Assembly: GCA_963968885.1 (NCBI GenBank)
Contig: CAXAGT010000003.1
Coordinates: 431 to 64,430, forward strand
Direction of reading: 5' to 3'
DNA length: 64,000 bases
From: an uncultured Candidatus Poseidoniales archaeon
GTDB lineage: Archaea > Thermoplasmatota > Poseidoniia > Poseidoniales > Poseidoniaceae
Both the position numbers and the translations under genes were made by a program. Position 1 is the stretch's first letter. Every line of letters starts with the position of its first letter. Below the pieces are notes generated by a model that was not told the origin of the DNA, made no database searches, and was given only the letters and a program-made list of their open reading frames with translations. Of the stretch, positions 1 to 9,782 are shown one piece after another.

Positions 1-68
1 AGACTTAGATCTCTAGCAGTTTGCGAAGAAATAGTAGATTTCATTGGTGAATCTCAAACATTGAATTC

Positions 69-413
69 ATGAAGGTTGCCGATTTAGGCATGGATGGTGG
101 AAAGATGACGAACATGGAACAACTACAAGTGGTGGTCTCTGAGGTTCAAGCCGCTAGGGCACAGGTCGCAAATTTTAATGCTCAATTAAATGAACTTGAG
201 ATGACCATTGAAGCAGTAAAGCAGCAGCCAGATGGCTATTCACTACACAAGAACCTGGGCAACGTCCTAATTGAAGTTACAGATAAAGACAAACTGATTT
301 CAGAATTAGAAAATCAACTAGTAATTTTGAGAGATGCCGTTGTTAGGATAGGAGAAAAGGAGGCACAACTGATGCAAACCTATGAACTCCTAAAGAAAGA
401 AATCGAGGGTTAG
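69..413 (+). CDS. pfdB: prefoldin beta subunit (probable)
   Basis: 114-aa ORF with two long helical, heptad-like segments flanking a short central region. Size and pattern fit archaeal prefoldin beta. The true start may be an internal Met (MTNMEQ, about 105). Confidence 0.6.
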   Translation: MKVADLGMDGGKMTNMEQLQVVVSEVQAARAQVANFNAQLNELEMTIEAVKQQPDGYSLHKNLGNVLIEVTDKDKLISELENQLVILRDAVVRIGEKEAQLMQTYELLKKEIEG

Positions 414-415
414 AC

Positions 416-1423
416 TTGATCTTTTATTTGTCTGACCAGCAGCAAGAAGATCTTGCTATGATGGAGAAATGGATACTGAATAAAGATGGTCTTATTGCCG
501 TAATTTGTGGAAAGAACGGAGATATGGACACTATCGCTTCAGGTATATGCTTAGCATCTGCCTATGAGAACCTAATTGCTTGTGGAGTTCATCAAAATAA
601 ACTCGCAAAAAGGCTTGTTGCTGACTTAAACGCTCCCTTCAAAAAGATATCCGATGGTAATTCCTCTTGGCCACAAAATCTTGCAGGAATTATTTCTGTG
701 GATGCAGCTGGTCCTAGTCAACTTGGAGTAGTTATTCCTGAAGGAATACCAATTTTATCAATTGATCATCATTCTACTACCGAATGGGAAGAGAGTCAAG
801 GACATCTAAATGTGAATTGGGATGTTAGAGCAACTACACAAATAATTTATGCATACCTCAGAAAATTTCACCAAGATAGTTTGACTAAAGAAGTAAGAAA
901 GTTATTACTGGCAGGTTTAATCACAGATACTGCAAGATTCAAACATGCTGACTTGGGTGCTTTTCAGGTTGCTAATGATTTATTATCTGAATTTGATATC
1001 GATTATGCAGAATTCGTTTATGATGTCGAATCTGGAGACCAACTCTCTAATTCAGATAGAGGAGCTATTCTCAATGCTCTTAACAAAGCAAAGGAAACTA
1101 AGTGCGGTTCATGGAGCCTTGTTTATACCTCATCCGGGACTTTAGAAGGTAGAGTTGCATCTACCTTAATCAATACAGGTTGTGATGTTTCACTGGTTTC
1201 AAGACATCGAAATGGTACCACACGATTAACTGCAAGGGCAACAAGAAAATCAACAATTGCAGGCGTTCACCTAGGAGAAATTATGGAGTCTTTAGCCAAA
1301 AAGTTAGGAGGAAACGGAGGAGGTCATGATGGTGCAGCAGGGTATTCAAATGACTGTGATTTGGTAAGAGCTGAATCTGCTTTCATCGCAGAATTAGCAA
1401 AAGTAAAGCGAGGCGATGAGTAA
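416..1423 (+). CDS. DHH/DHHA1-family phosphoesterase (NrnA/RecJ-like)
   Basis: DHH motif SIDHHSTT and DHHA1 motif GGGHDGAAG near the C-terminus. The TTG start lies 2 nt after the upstream stop. Confidence 0.75.
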   Translation: MIFYLSDQQQEDLAMMEKWILNKDGLIAVICGKNGDMDTIASGICLASAYENLIACGVHQNKLAKRLVADLNAPFKKISDGNSSWPQNLAGIISVDAAGPSQLGVVIPEGIPILSIDHHSTTEWEESQGHLNVNWDVRATTQIIYAYLRKFHQDSLTKEVRKLLLAGLITDTARFKHADLGAFQVANDLLSEFDIDYAEFVYDVESGDQLSNSDRGAILNALNKAKETKCGSWSLVYTSSGTLEGRVASTLINTGCDVSLVSRHRNGTTRLTARATRKSTIAGVHLGEIMESLAKKLGGNGGGHDGAAGYSNDCDLVRAESAFIAELAKVKRGDE

Positions 1424-2481
1424 TGAATCCAGAGCAAGCAGTGGCTGAAATTCTAAATCTAGAATCTATAGATGAAGAGACAATAAGGAGTTTTTGCTCC
1501 AAGAATGATGTTAATCTGCTCTCAATTGCTGAAGCTTCGTTATATTTTCAGAAGGAAAATATTGTTGATGTTTGTAGAAAGATGTTAACTCCTGCTCAAA
1601 GTGTAGTGCTCTCCTTGGTTGTTGAGCGTAAAAATACTGGTACTGTTAGTATTGAAACAGTCAACAAAGCGATAGAAATATGTCAACATAAAGATACAAG
1701 AGACCTCGGTCTAGAAGGAAGGGTAAGAATGGAAAGAGGTTTGGTATTCTACACTCTAGGGGAGATTGAAAAAGCGAATGATGACTTGACCTGGGCAGAA
1801 ACTAGATTAAAATCAGTGGCAAAGGCAAGTAAAGATCACGATTTGTCATTGTTGAACAAAGCAGCCTTCCATCAAGCAATTGGTGAAGACTTAATGGCTT
1901 TACAAGTATATGGAGACATCTCAGTAAAAGCGGGTCATGCTAATGAAACAATTGCAATATCTAGGCTACATGCATCAAGAATAAACGCGAGAATTGGTCA
2001 CCAATTCGACGCCATAAGGCTTGCTTTCAATTCTCATCGTCATGCTATTATTGCAGGCATGAATGAATTAGCACTCGAGGCTGGAACGGCTTTTGTTGAC
2101 CTTTCGTTACCTTACAGAACAGAGGATTCTGCAAGAATGATTGAACAAATAGAGAATGCGAAACCTAGAGATATTGGTGATGATGTTCTTGTTCCACAAA
2201 TAAACTCAATTGACATTGATGGTGTATTTAGTTGGTGTTATGAAAACCTAAAAGAGGGCTACGGTGGAGAAAGCAGAGGTGATCTTCAAGCTGTATTTAC
2301 ACTAGCTCACAAAATGGGTAAAACTGAGTTATTCTCTGATATGTTGGCCAAACCTGAAGAGATTGAAGATGGATTATTGATAGCTTTAATAAAATCAACA
2401 ACAGAAGATGAAGATGGGGTTTGGGCTAAGAGAATTGCTGAAATAACAACTCAATCATTTGAATTTTTGAAGGATGTCTGA
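1423..2481 (+). CDS. hypothetical alpha-helical protein
   Basis: 352-aa ORF whose start overlaps the upstream stop by 1 nt (taATG). I recognised no motif. The composition looks like helical repeats. Confidence 0.35.
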   Translation: MNPEQAVAEILNLESIDEETIRSFCSKNDVNLLSIAEASLYFQKENIVDVCRKMLTPAQSVVLSLVVERKNTGTVSIETVNKAIEICQHKDTRDLGLEGRVRMERGLVFYTLGEIEKANDDLTWAETRLKSVAKASKDHDLSLLNKAAFHQAIGEDLMALQVYGDISVKAGHANETIAISRLHASRINARIGHQFDAIRLAFNSHRHAIIAGMNELALEAGTAFVDLSLPYRTEDSARMIEQIENAKPRDIGDDVLVPQINSIDIDGVFSWCYENLKEGYGGESRGDLQAVFTLAHKMGKTELFSDMLAKPEEIEDGLLIALIKSTTEDEDGVWAKRIAEITTQSFEFLKDV

Positions 2482-2853
2482 GATGTCTAGGAATTCTTGA
2501 GGATCCCACTCCTCCATTTCAGGAATCTCTTTTTTCCACTCCACTAAGTCAACATATTGATCATTAGTATTCCAAGCATCGACGTCTTTATTCTCAAGTG
2601 GTTCACAAAACGCTACCCATCCGTTTGGGTAAAAATCCTTAATCCATCGAATCAATTTTACCTTTATACCACATTCTTCCTGAACTTCTCTGTGTAAAGC
2701 ATCTACAGGGTCCTCGCCTTCTTCTACTCTGCCTCCAGGGAATTCCCAACCCCTTGTAGGATGTTTGACAAGTAAGTTCATTCCTCCATGAGGGAATAAA
2801 TCAATTCCGCCACGGTGAATCCAAGCAAGAACGAATTTTGGTTGATTGAGCAT
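2455..2853 (-). CDS. NUDIX hydrolase
   Basis: Nudix box GGRVEEGEDPVDALHREVQEECG. Confidence 0.85.
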   Translation of the reverse strand: MLNQPKFVLAWIHRGGIDLFPHGGMNLLVKHPTRGWEFPGGRVEEGEDPVDALHREVQEECGIKVKLIRWIKDFYPNGWVAFCEPLENKDVDAWNTNDQYVDLVEWKKEIPEMEEWDPQEFLDISDILQKFK

Positions 2854-2862
2854 ATTTTTTCC

Positions 2863-3870
2863 TCAAAGTGAATCTTTGGCCTTTTTCATCCACTCTTCAG
2901 CCCAACTTTCTCCTTGAGCAACAAGCCTTCGTGCGTAGAAAAAAGCCTCTTGGAAATTTCCGTTTTCCATCATAGTCTTCAATTTAGTGAGGTCTCTGTC
3001 CTCCAAAATCTCATCCTCTGGCTCTTGAATTGGTGAATCTTCGGCAACGGAAACAGAACTCGCAAGTTTTTGCATCTGTTGAAGGAAAGAAGTTCTGTCT
3101 TCAACACTGGGGGTCCCAGACCATGGTAGTTTTTCTCCATCATCCATTCTAGAATGCATCCTTTCAAGGAATAAATCTCTAGCTCCAGTCCTAGGTCTAA
3201 GTGTTTGCACTTGGTCATAGCAAAGCCAAGCATCTCCCATTTCTTGCCTAGTTTCATGCAATCTCCCTAAATCCATCCATAGTTCGTGGTTTTGTGGTCT
3301 ATGGGCTAGGAGATATTTGCTTAATTCAACAAATGATTCTACTAATCCATTTTCCCTTAGTGTTTGGAGCCTTCTTGCGAAAATGATGTTTGCTCTTTGA
3401 TCTCTAAAATCTAATTTCCTGCATCTTGAAGAAAAATCTTGGATGTTTTCGTTTAACGAATCACCGTCAATTATTTCCCACCAACTTTTCGAATCTAATG
3501 GATCTCTTTTGAAAACTGCATCGAGTAATTCTAGTCCGAATTCAAGATGGTCTATTCCTGTCAATTGATCGATATGCTCAGGATTTCTGCCCAGAACTGT
3601 AAATAGATCTCGTAGGGTTTGTTCAAGCCCTTCTCCATCTTGCAATAACTGCTTTATTTTTGCAAGACATCTCCAATTTTCTTCATCTGTAAAATCATGG
3701 AGAATTGCTTGTCTTGCGTTCTGCTCTGCCCAATCATAATTTGCGAGAGTCCTTTCTGGATCCTTTGTAGCCAATTTTACAAATCTATTAGCTTGTGCAC
3801 GATACCGATTGCCCAAATTCCTACGTGGATGTTCAATCAGAGATGATAAATCGTTCATGTTATCAGACAT
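2863..3870 (-). CDS. hypothetical helical-repeat (TPR-like) protein
   Basis: 335-aa ORF rich in W/L/E/R helical segments. No catalytic motif recognised. Confidence 0.35.
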   Translation of the reverse strand: MSDNMNDLSSLIEHPRRNLGNRYRAQANRFVKLATKDPERTLANYDWAEQNARQAILHDFTDEENWRCLAKIKQLLQDGEGLEQTLRDLFTVLGRNPEHIDQLTGIDHLEFGLELLDAVFKRDPLDSKSWWEIIDGDSLNENIQDFSSRCRKLDFRDQRANIIFARRLQTLRENGLVESFVELSKYLLAHRPQNHELWMDLGRLHETRQEMGDAWLCYDQVQTLRPRTGARDLFLERMHSRMDDGEKLPWSGTPSVEDRTSFLQQMQKLASSVSVAEDSPIQEPEDEILEDRDLTKLKTMMENGNFQEAFFYARRLVAQGESWAEEWMKKAKDSL

Positions 3871-3882
3871 AAGCGCCTCTCC

Positions 3883-5154
3883 TCATTGGACAGACATGAA
3901 TCCTTCCCTGTCTTTATCAAATGGTATTGTGGCATCATATCCTATTTTTGAGGTTGTACCATCATCTGCCCTCGAAGGGTCAAGGCTAGAGCCTTTTTGT
4001 TTGGATAGAATCACAGTGTCCTTATCTGGTTGCCAACGAGTCATCATAGCCCATTCCACTCTTACTGGGTCTGTGATGTCGATGTCTTCATCAACTACTG
4101 TTACCACTTTCATACTTTTATGACCGCTGAGTGCAGCCTCTATAGCTTTCAGTCCATCATCAGAGTTTTTCTTGTTTATTTTCACCACAGCTGCTAGCCA
4201 GCCACAGCCCCCTTCTGTCATGTGTACATCTATGCACTCCACAACTTCGTTAACGGCTTCCTTAATTGTCGGACTTCTAGGAAGACCCATCAATGTCTTA
4301 TGTTCTGCTTCACCTGGTATTAATGCATGGAAAATGGGGTTATTCCTGTGGCTCATTCCATCGATTTCAATTACTGGTTCTTGTCTAATGTCGTCAACTG
4401 TACCAGTAATGTCAACATATGGTCCCTCGTCATCGTCTTCGGTTGTAATTCTCCCCCAAAACACATACTCAGAGTTTGCTGGAACTGTTATTCCGTTTGG
4501 CAACTTACACAATTTCAATTCTTTTCCGTATAATTTCTCATGTAGTGCAGCTGCATACTGTAATTCGTCTCTAAATTCACTAAAAGACATAGCCGCTGCA
4601 AGTAAGACAACGGGGTCAGGGGCATTGACAATTGCAACATTAACTTCGCTTGAATCTGCTCTGGCTTTGTTTGTAATCGTTCTCAGATGTCTAGGAACAA
4701 ACCTTGAAACAACATGATTTTTATCTCTTAGAAATTGTCTGTGAAAAGAAACATTTCGTATGCCGTCATGTTCAGCAATAATAATCGATGCTGACATGTA
4801 TCTCCCTCGGTCCTCCGGCCAGTGGTGAGGAATCGGAGTTTTTGTCATGTCAACTTCTGTAGTTGGATTTTGAAAGCATGGAGCATCTTCAAGATCGATA
4901 TAAACACCCTGACTTGGGTTATTCATTGCCCAACCCAATGTGTCAATATACTCTTTTGGCTCGATTCCAATGGCTTGGCAAAGTTCTTTTTTAGTTAGGA
5001 TGTTAACCGCAGCTCTGTGCCCTGGTGCTTCAGAAATATTATCGAATATTGTCAAAGGGTGACCGTTTTCTCTGCTGTATTTCCACATGCCATGCTTAAC
5101 GCTGATTGGACCAGAGTAAGTCGTTGCTGAACCCAAGTGGTCCCGAAATGCCAT
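3883..5154 (-). CDS. UbiD-family (prenylated-FMN dependent) decarboxylase
   Basis: Length and motifs fit UbiD: the MAFRDHL N-terminus, SASIIIAEHDGIRNVSFHR, and an acidic metal-binding region. Start moved to the internal Met at 5154. Confidence 0.8.
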   Translation of the reverse strand: MAFRDHLGSATTYSGPISVKHGMWKYSRENGHPLTIFDNISEAPGHRAAVNILTKKELCQAIGIEPKEYIDTLGWAMNNPSQGVYIDLEDAPCFQNPTTEVDMTKTPIPHHWPEDRGRYMSASIIIAEHDGIRNVSFHRQFLRDKNHVVSRFVPRHLRTITNKARADSSEVNVAIVNAPDPVVLLAAAMSFSEFRDELQYAAALHEKLYGKELKLCKLPNGITVPANSEYVFWGRITTEDDDEGPYVDITGTVDDIRQEPVIEIDGMSHRNNPIFHALIPGEAEHKTLMGLPRSPTIKEAVNEVVECIDVHMTEGGCGWLAAVVKINKKNSDDGLKAIEAALSGHKSMKVVTVVDEDIDITDPVRVEWAMMTRWQPDKDTVILSKQKGSSLDPSRADDGTTSKIGYDATIPFDKDREGFMSVQ

Positions 5155-5299
5155 GTAACACCCACTAGAATGCACCGTTTAATATTGGTGTGTAAATCTA
5201 GCAAAATACCGTCATAGTCAGTTGGTTTGATTCAGAAATTCCTCCGTGGCTTTCATATAGGGGTTGAAAGTCGCCCACATGCTTCGATAAGGTGATAAT

Positions 5300-5728
5300 G
5301 TGGGTAGAGGACTATTTGCTGGTGCTAAAATGGCCAAGGACCGCCAAAAGTTTAGGTGGTCTGACAGAAGATACAAGAAGCGTATGCTGAAATCTAGAGC
5401 AAAGCACGATCCATTGGCTGGTTCAACTCAAGCAAAGGGTATCGTCATCGAAAAGGTTGGTATCGAAGCAAAACAACCTAACTCTGGAATCAGAAAGGCT
5501 GCAAAGATTTCGCTCATCAAAAATGGAAACAAACTTACTGCATTTGCGCCAGGAGATGGTGCAATCAACTTTATCGACGAACACGACGAAGTAATGGTCG
5601 AAGGTATCGGTGGGCGCATGGGACGTTCATACGGAGATATTCCTGGAGTCAGATACAAAGTAATTCAAGTCAATGGCGTTTCTCTAGACGAAATGGTCAG
5701 GGGACGAAAGGAGAAGCCAGTACGCTGA
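5300..5728 (+). CDS. rps12: 30S ribosomal protein uS12
   Basis: [41 protein letters not shown] and [13 protein letters not shown] are hallmark S12 strings. GTG start preceded by AGGTGAT. Confidence 0.95.
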   Translation: MGRGLFAGAKMAKDRQKFRWSDRRYKKRMLKSRAKHDPLAGSTQAKGIVIEKVGIEAKQPNSGIRKAAKISLIKNGNKLTAFAPGDGAINFIDEHDEVMVEGIGGRMGRSYGDIPGVRYKVIQVNGVSLDEMVRGRKEKPVR

Positions 5729-5729
5729 G

Positions 5730-6347
5730 GTGAATATCATGTCTGAGGAAACAGTTCAAGAAGATGTTAGACCAATAGCAGGTATTGGCACACTCGTTTT
5801 CGGAAAATACGATGTTAGCGAAGTAACTTGTGAAGATCCAGGTCTAGCAAGATACATCGACCTAAAAACAGTAGGAATTCCGCACACCGGTGGAAGACAC
5901 GCTAATTCGTGGTTCGGTAAATCGAAGTTGTCTGTAGTTGAAAGATACACAAACAAGTTGATGAGAACCGGAAAATATACTGGAAAGAAAATGGGTGCAA
6001 TGAAAGCATTCGAAGACGCACTTGCTGAAATTGCTGACAAAACAGGCAAAAACCCAATGCAAATATTTGTTGATGCAATCTGTAGGGCAGCACCAATGGA
6101 AGAGATTACGAGAATTAAATTCGGAGCAGTTTCTCAACCTAAAGCTGTAGATTCATCTCCTGCTAGAAGGCTTGATATCGCTTTGAAGAATCTTGCCGCA
6201 GGTGCACAAGGTGGTACTTTCAAATCCAAGCGAACTCTAAAGCAGAATATCGTTAATGAACTTTTGAAGGCTAGCAAAGGTGATGTCACATCCTATGCAG
6301 TGGCAAAGAAGGATGAGCTGGAGAGAATCGCAGCATCCGCACGATGA
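5730..6347 (+). CDS. rps7: 30S ribosomal protein uS7
   Basis: Lies immediately after uS12. The string HANSWFGKSKLSVVERYTNKLMRTGKYTGKK is typical of archaeal S7. The start may be the ATG at 5739. Confidence 0.92.
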   Translation: MNIMSEETVQEDVRPIAGIGTLVFGKYDVSEVTCEDPGLARYIDLKTVGIPHTGGRHANSWFGKSKLSVVERYTNKLMRTGKYTGKKMGAMKAFEDALAEIADKTGKNPMQIFVDAICRAAPMEEITRIKFGAVSQPKAVDSSPARRLDIALKNLAAGAQGGTFKSKRTLKQNIVNELLKASKGDVTSYAVAKKDELERIAASAR

Positions 6348-6543
6348 TTGGTTCCATTTTGGAAACTAGTTCCACCGTTTCTAGGTTGAAACGACTCGTG
6401 AATTTAGTGACTCTAAAATCAGAGAATTATTGATAATTCGTTAGTGTCTTATGAACTTCACATACAACGATTTTATCCCTGCTAAACGCGTTTCTTAAGA
6501 ACCCCTCGCTGGTGGCTCAAGTTAAGCAGACCGAGGTTTTACC

Positions 6544-8751
6544 ATGGGCAGAAAAGAAGACAATATCAAGAAAGCAAGAGAAGTAATGCACGTCCTTCCA
6601 CAAATCAGGAACTTGTGTATCGCAGCTCACATCGACCACGGAAAGACAACACTATCAGACAACCTAATCGCAGGTGCTGGAATGATGTCCAGCGATCTTG
6701 CTGGTGCAGCACGTGTTTTGGACTTCGATGAACAAGAGTCAGCAAGAGGAATTACAATTAACGCAGCTTCTGCTTCGATGGTTCACCAACACGAAGAAAC
6801 AGATTATTTGATCAACCTGATCGATACTCCAGGTCACGTCGACTTTGGCGGTGACGTAACTCGTGCAATGAGAGCAGTTGACGGTTGTTTCATCCTTGCT
6901 TGTGCTGTTGAGGGTCCGATGCCTCAAACTGAGACTGTAGTTAGGCAAGCTCTGAAAGAGAAAGTAAAGCCTGTACTATTCATCAACAAAGTTGACAGAT
7001 TAATCAACGAGTTACAAGTAACTCCTGAGGATATGATGGAGAGATTCAAGGGAACAATTCAAAAGGTCAACAAACTAATCAGGCAATTCGCTCCTGAGCA
7101 ATACAAAAAAGAATGGCAAGTTGATGTTGGAAGCGGTACTGTAGCATTCGGTTCAGCATACCACAACTGGGGAATCACTGTTCCATACATGGCAAAGTCC
7201 GGAATTTCCTTCAAGCAGATTTTCGAATACTGTAACAACGAAGACCAAAAAACTCTAGCAGAAAAAGCTCCAGTCCATGAAGTACTTCTGGACATGGCTG
7301 TTACTAAACTACCAAGTCCAATCCAAGCTCAAGAATACAGAATTCCTAACATTTGGACTGGTGACCTAGAAAGTGTAACTGGACAAGCCATGCTAAAGTG
7401 CGACCCTGAGGGAGAATTAGCTATGATGATTACAAAGATTTGGATGGATCCTCACGCAGGAGAAGTTGCAGTAGGTAGACTATATTCAGGTGCAATCAAT
7501 CAAGGCGAAAGCGTCTACGCAATCGGTGCTGCAAAGCCAGAACGTGTTCAACAAGTTTCAATGATGGTCGGTCCAGACAGAATCACAGTACCTACAGTCG
7601 TTGCAGGTAACATTGCGGCGATAACAGGAATTCGTTCTGCTGCTGCTGGTGTTACTTTGTCAAGAGACAAGGACTTCACACCATTCGAAGCAATTAGGCA
7701 CTACTCTGACCCTGTTGTTACAGTTGCAGTCGAGCCTAAGAACATGAAAGACCTTCCTAAATTCATTGATGCTTTGAGATCATTAGCAAAGGCTGATGCA
7801 TCTCTACAAGTTACCACAAATCAAGAAACTGGTGAGGCTCTTCTAGCAGGAATGGGAGAATTGCACCTTGAGATTACTGTTTTCAGAATTGAAGAAGAAC
7901 AAAATATCCAAGTTAAGGTTTCTCCACCTATTGTCGTTTACAGAGAATCTATTGAAGGTAATAACCACGGTAGACCATTTGAAGGTAAATCGCCAAACAG
8001 ACACAACAGATTTTACATAGAAGTCGAACCACTAAGCCCAGAAGTTCTAAAGGGACTAAGAGAAGGTGTTTTCGGTGATGGTCCGGTTAGAGCAAAGGAA
8101 ACCAAAGAGATCGGTGACAGATTCGGAGAATACGGAATGGACAGAGACATGATGAGAAAAATCTATGCTATCAACGGTACCAATGTTCTAGTAAACGATA
8201 CCAAGGGTATCCAAGCACTTCACGAGACTCGTGAATTGATTATTGAAGCATTCAACGAAGTTTGCAAGAAGGGACCAGTTGCTGATGAGCCTATGATGGG
8301 TATGTTGGTTAGACTAGTTGATGCCAAACTCCACGAAGACGCTATCCACAGAGGACCTGCACAAACAATTCCAGCTGTAAGAAACGGTTTGAAAGGAGCT
8401 ATCCTCAGAGCAAGAGCAATTCTGAAAGAGCCTATGCAAAAAGCATTCATCTCTGTTCCTAATGACTGGCTAGGTCAAGTTACAAGAGAAGTAACAAACA
8501 GAAGAGGAATCATTGAGGATATGCCTAGTGAGGGTGATGTAACAACTGTAGTAGGAATTATTCCAGTTGGTGAAACATTCGGTTTCTCTAACGACATTAG
8601 AGCAGCATCTCAAGGACGTGCAGTCTGGAACACAGAAAACATGGGCTTCGAGAATTTACCTCCTCAATTATTCGACAAGGTCGTCGGAGATATCAGGACA
8701 AGAAAGGGTCTGAAGCCAGAACCAAATCCAGAATCTTACTATTCAGAGTGA
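6544..8751 (+). CDS. fusA: translation elongation factor 2 (aEF-2)
   Basis: GTPase motifs AHIDHGKTTLSD, DTPGHVDF and NKVDR, plus the diphthamide loop HEDAIHRGPAQ. 735 aa, downstream of S12-S7. Confidence 0.97.
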   Translation: MGRKEDNIKKAREVMHVLPQIRNLCIAAHIDHGKTTLSDNLIAGAGMMSSDLAGAARVLDFDEQESARGITINAASASMVHQHEETDYLINLIDTPGHVDFGGDVTRAMRAVDGCFILACAVEGPMPQTETVVRQALKEKVKPVLFINKVDRLINELQVTPEDMMERFKGTIQKVNKLIRQFAPEQYKKEWQVDVGSGTVAFGSAYHNWGITVPYMAKSGISFKQIFEYCNNEDQKTLAEKAPVHEVLLDMAVTKLPSPIQAQEYRIPNIWTGDLESVTGQAMLKCDPEGELAMMITKIWMDPHAGEVAVGRLYSGAINQGESVYAIGAAKPERVQQVSMMVGPDRITVPTVVAGNIAAITGIRSAAAGVTLSRDKDFTPFEAIRHYSDPVVTVAVEPKNMKDLPKFIDALRSLAKADASLQVTTNQETGEALLAGMGELHLEITVFRIEEEQNIQVKVSPPIVVYRESIEGNNHGRPFEGKSPNRHNRFYIEVEPLSPEVLKGLREGVFGDGPVRAKETKEIGDRFGEYGMDRDMMRKIYAINGTNVLVNDTKGIQALHETRELIIEAFNEVCKKGPVADEPMMGMLVRLVDAKLHEDAIHRGPAQTIPAVRNGLKGAILRARAILKEPMQKAFISVPNDWLGQVTREVTNRRGIIEDMPSEGDVTTVVGIIPVGETFGFSNDIRAASQGRAVWNTENMGFENLPPQLFDKVVGDIRTRKGLKPEPNPESYYSE

Positions 8752-8760
8752 GTTGATTAA

Positions 8761-9234
8761 TTGACGCTCCTGAGTAATCAGGTAGTAATCGGTTTATTCA
8801 GGTCTGAAAAAGGTGGTGCTCCAAAGCCATCAGTGGATTCTCTCCAAGTGAAATTTAATGGTTGCGTGGGAGATTATCAACGGGATAAGAAACACCATGG
8901 CGGTCCAAAGAGGGCCGTTTGCATTTTCTCTCAGGAGATAATTGCTAAACTACAGATCGAAGGGAACCCTATATCACCCGGAGATTGTGGCGAGAATATG
9001 GTTTTTTCAAATTTAGATTGGAATGTGATCTCTGAGGGTGTAGAGTTGCAAATTGGTGAAGTTCGATTGAGAATCGAATCGGATGCACCACCTTGCAAAA
9101 CCATTGCACATGCTTTCAAAGGAGGCAGATTCAAGCAAATTTCAGAAAAATATTCACCTGGGAATTCTAGATGGTATTGTAGTGTTTTACAGGAAGGAAC
9201 AATATCATTAAGTGATACTGTAAATATAATTTGA
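8761..9234 (+). CDS. MOSC-domain protein
   Basis: 157 aa with a YiiM-like pattern (GDYQRDKKHHGGPKRAVCIFS, GENMVFS, PCKTI). TTG start. Confidence 0.6.
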   Translation: MTLLSNQVVIGLFRSEKGGAPKPSVDSLQVKFNGCVGDYQRDKKHHGGPKRAVCIFSQEIIAKLQIEGNPISPGDCGENMVFSNLDWNVISEGVELQIGEVRLRIESDAPPCKTIAHAFKGGRFKQISEKYSPGNSRWYCSVLQEGTISLSDTVNII

Positions 9235-9313
9235 ACAGTTAACCATCCACCTTTCTTCAAAAATAGGGATATGGTCATAAGCCAGCGCAGTGACGGGATG
9301 TTAGGTGGAATAG

Positions 9314-9700
9314 ATGCCAGGTACAGACAGAGTTGAGATTCGAACATTAAAAGTTGGACGATACTGCGTTGTTGATGATGAAGCTTACAAGATTCTTAGC
9401 ATTTCAAAATCAAAACCAGGAAAACACGGATCTGCAAAAGCTAGGCTAGAACTTGTTTCACTATTTAGTAGTAAGAAAATCTCTCACGTCGGAACAGTTA
9501 CTGATTCGATCAACGTCCCTATGATTGAGAAAGGAACTGCTATGGTTACTCACTTAGAAGGAGCAGAAGTTCATGCTATGAACATGAGAGACCACTCCAT
9601 GATGATTCTGCCACTTGAAGATGGTTTGAGCATTGAGGCTGGTAAGGAGATCATGTGGATGGAAGCATTAGGCAGATACAAAATCATTAGAGACCACTGA
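9314..9700 (+). CDS. eif5a: translation initiation factor 5A (aIF5A)
   Basis: Hypusination loop SKSKPGKHGSAKA. 128 aa with an OB-fold C-terminal half. Confidence 0.9.
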   Translation: MPGTDRVEIRTLKVGRYCVVDDEAYKILSISKSKPGKHGSAKARLELVSLFSSKKISHVGTVTDSINVPMIEKGTAMVTHLEGAEVHAMNMRDHSMMILPLEDGLSIEAGKEIMWMEALGRYKIIRDH

Positions 9701-9706
9701 TTTTTT
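9701..9706 (+). terminator. oligo-T tract directly after the aIF5A stop (possible archaeal terminator)
   Basis: TGA is followed immediately by TTTTTT. Archaeal RNA polymerase terminates at oligo-T runs. Confidence 0.25.
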
Positions 9707-9782
9707 GAATCGGTTCTAAATATTCACATTTCCGATAAATATTCGGGGTTCATTTCATAAACTATCTTTATGATTAGATGTT

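Noticed and set aside
1-68. Possible 3' end of an upstream gene at the left edge
   Set aside because: It is too short, and stop codons appear within the segment. Nothing here can be supported.
4172-4717. 181-aa plus-strand ORF inside the UbiD gene
   Set aside because: It is an S/T/L-rich antisense shadow of a well-supported minus-strand gene and has no motifs.
6348-6543. A 196-nt spacer between uS7 and aEF-2, examined for an ncRNA, C/D-box sRNA or structured leader
   Set aside because: I could find only a weak 5-bp hairpin (tggaa-actag-ttcca) by eye and no C/D boxes. It may simply hold an internal promoter, so no call is made.
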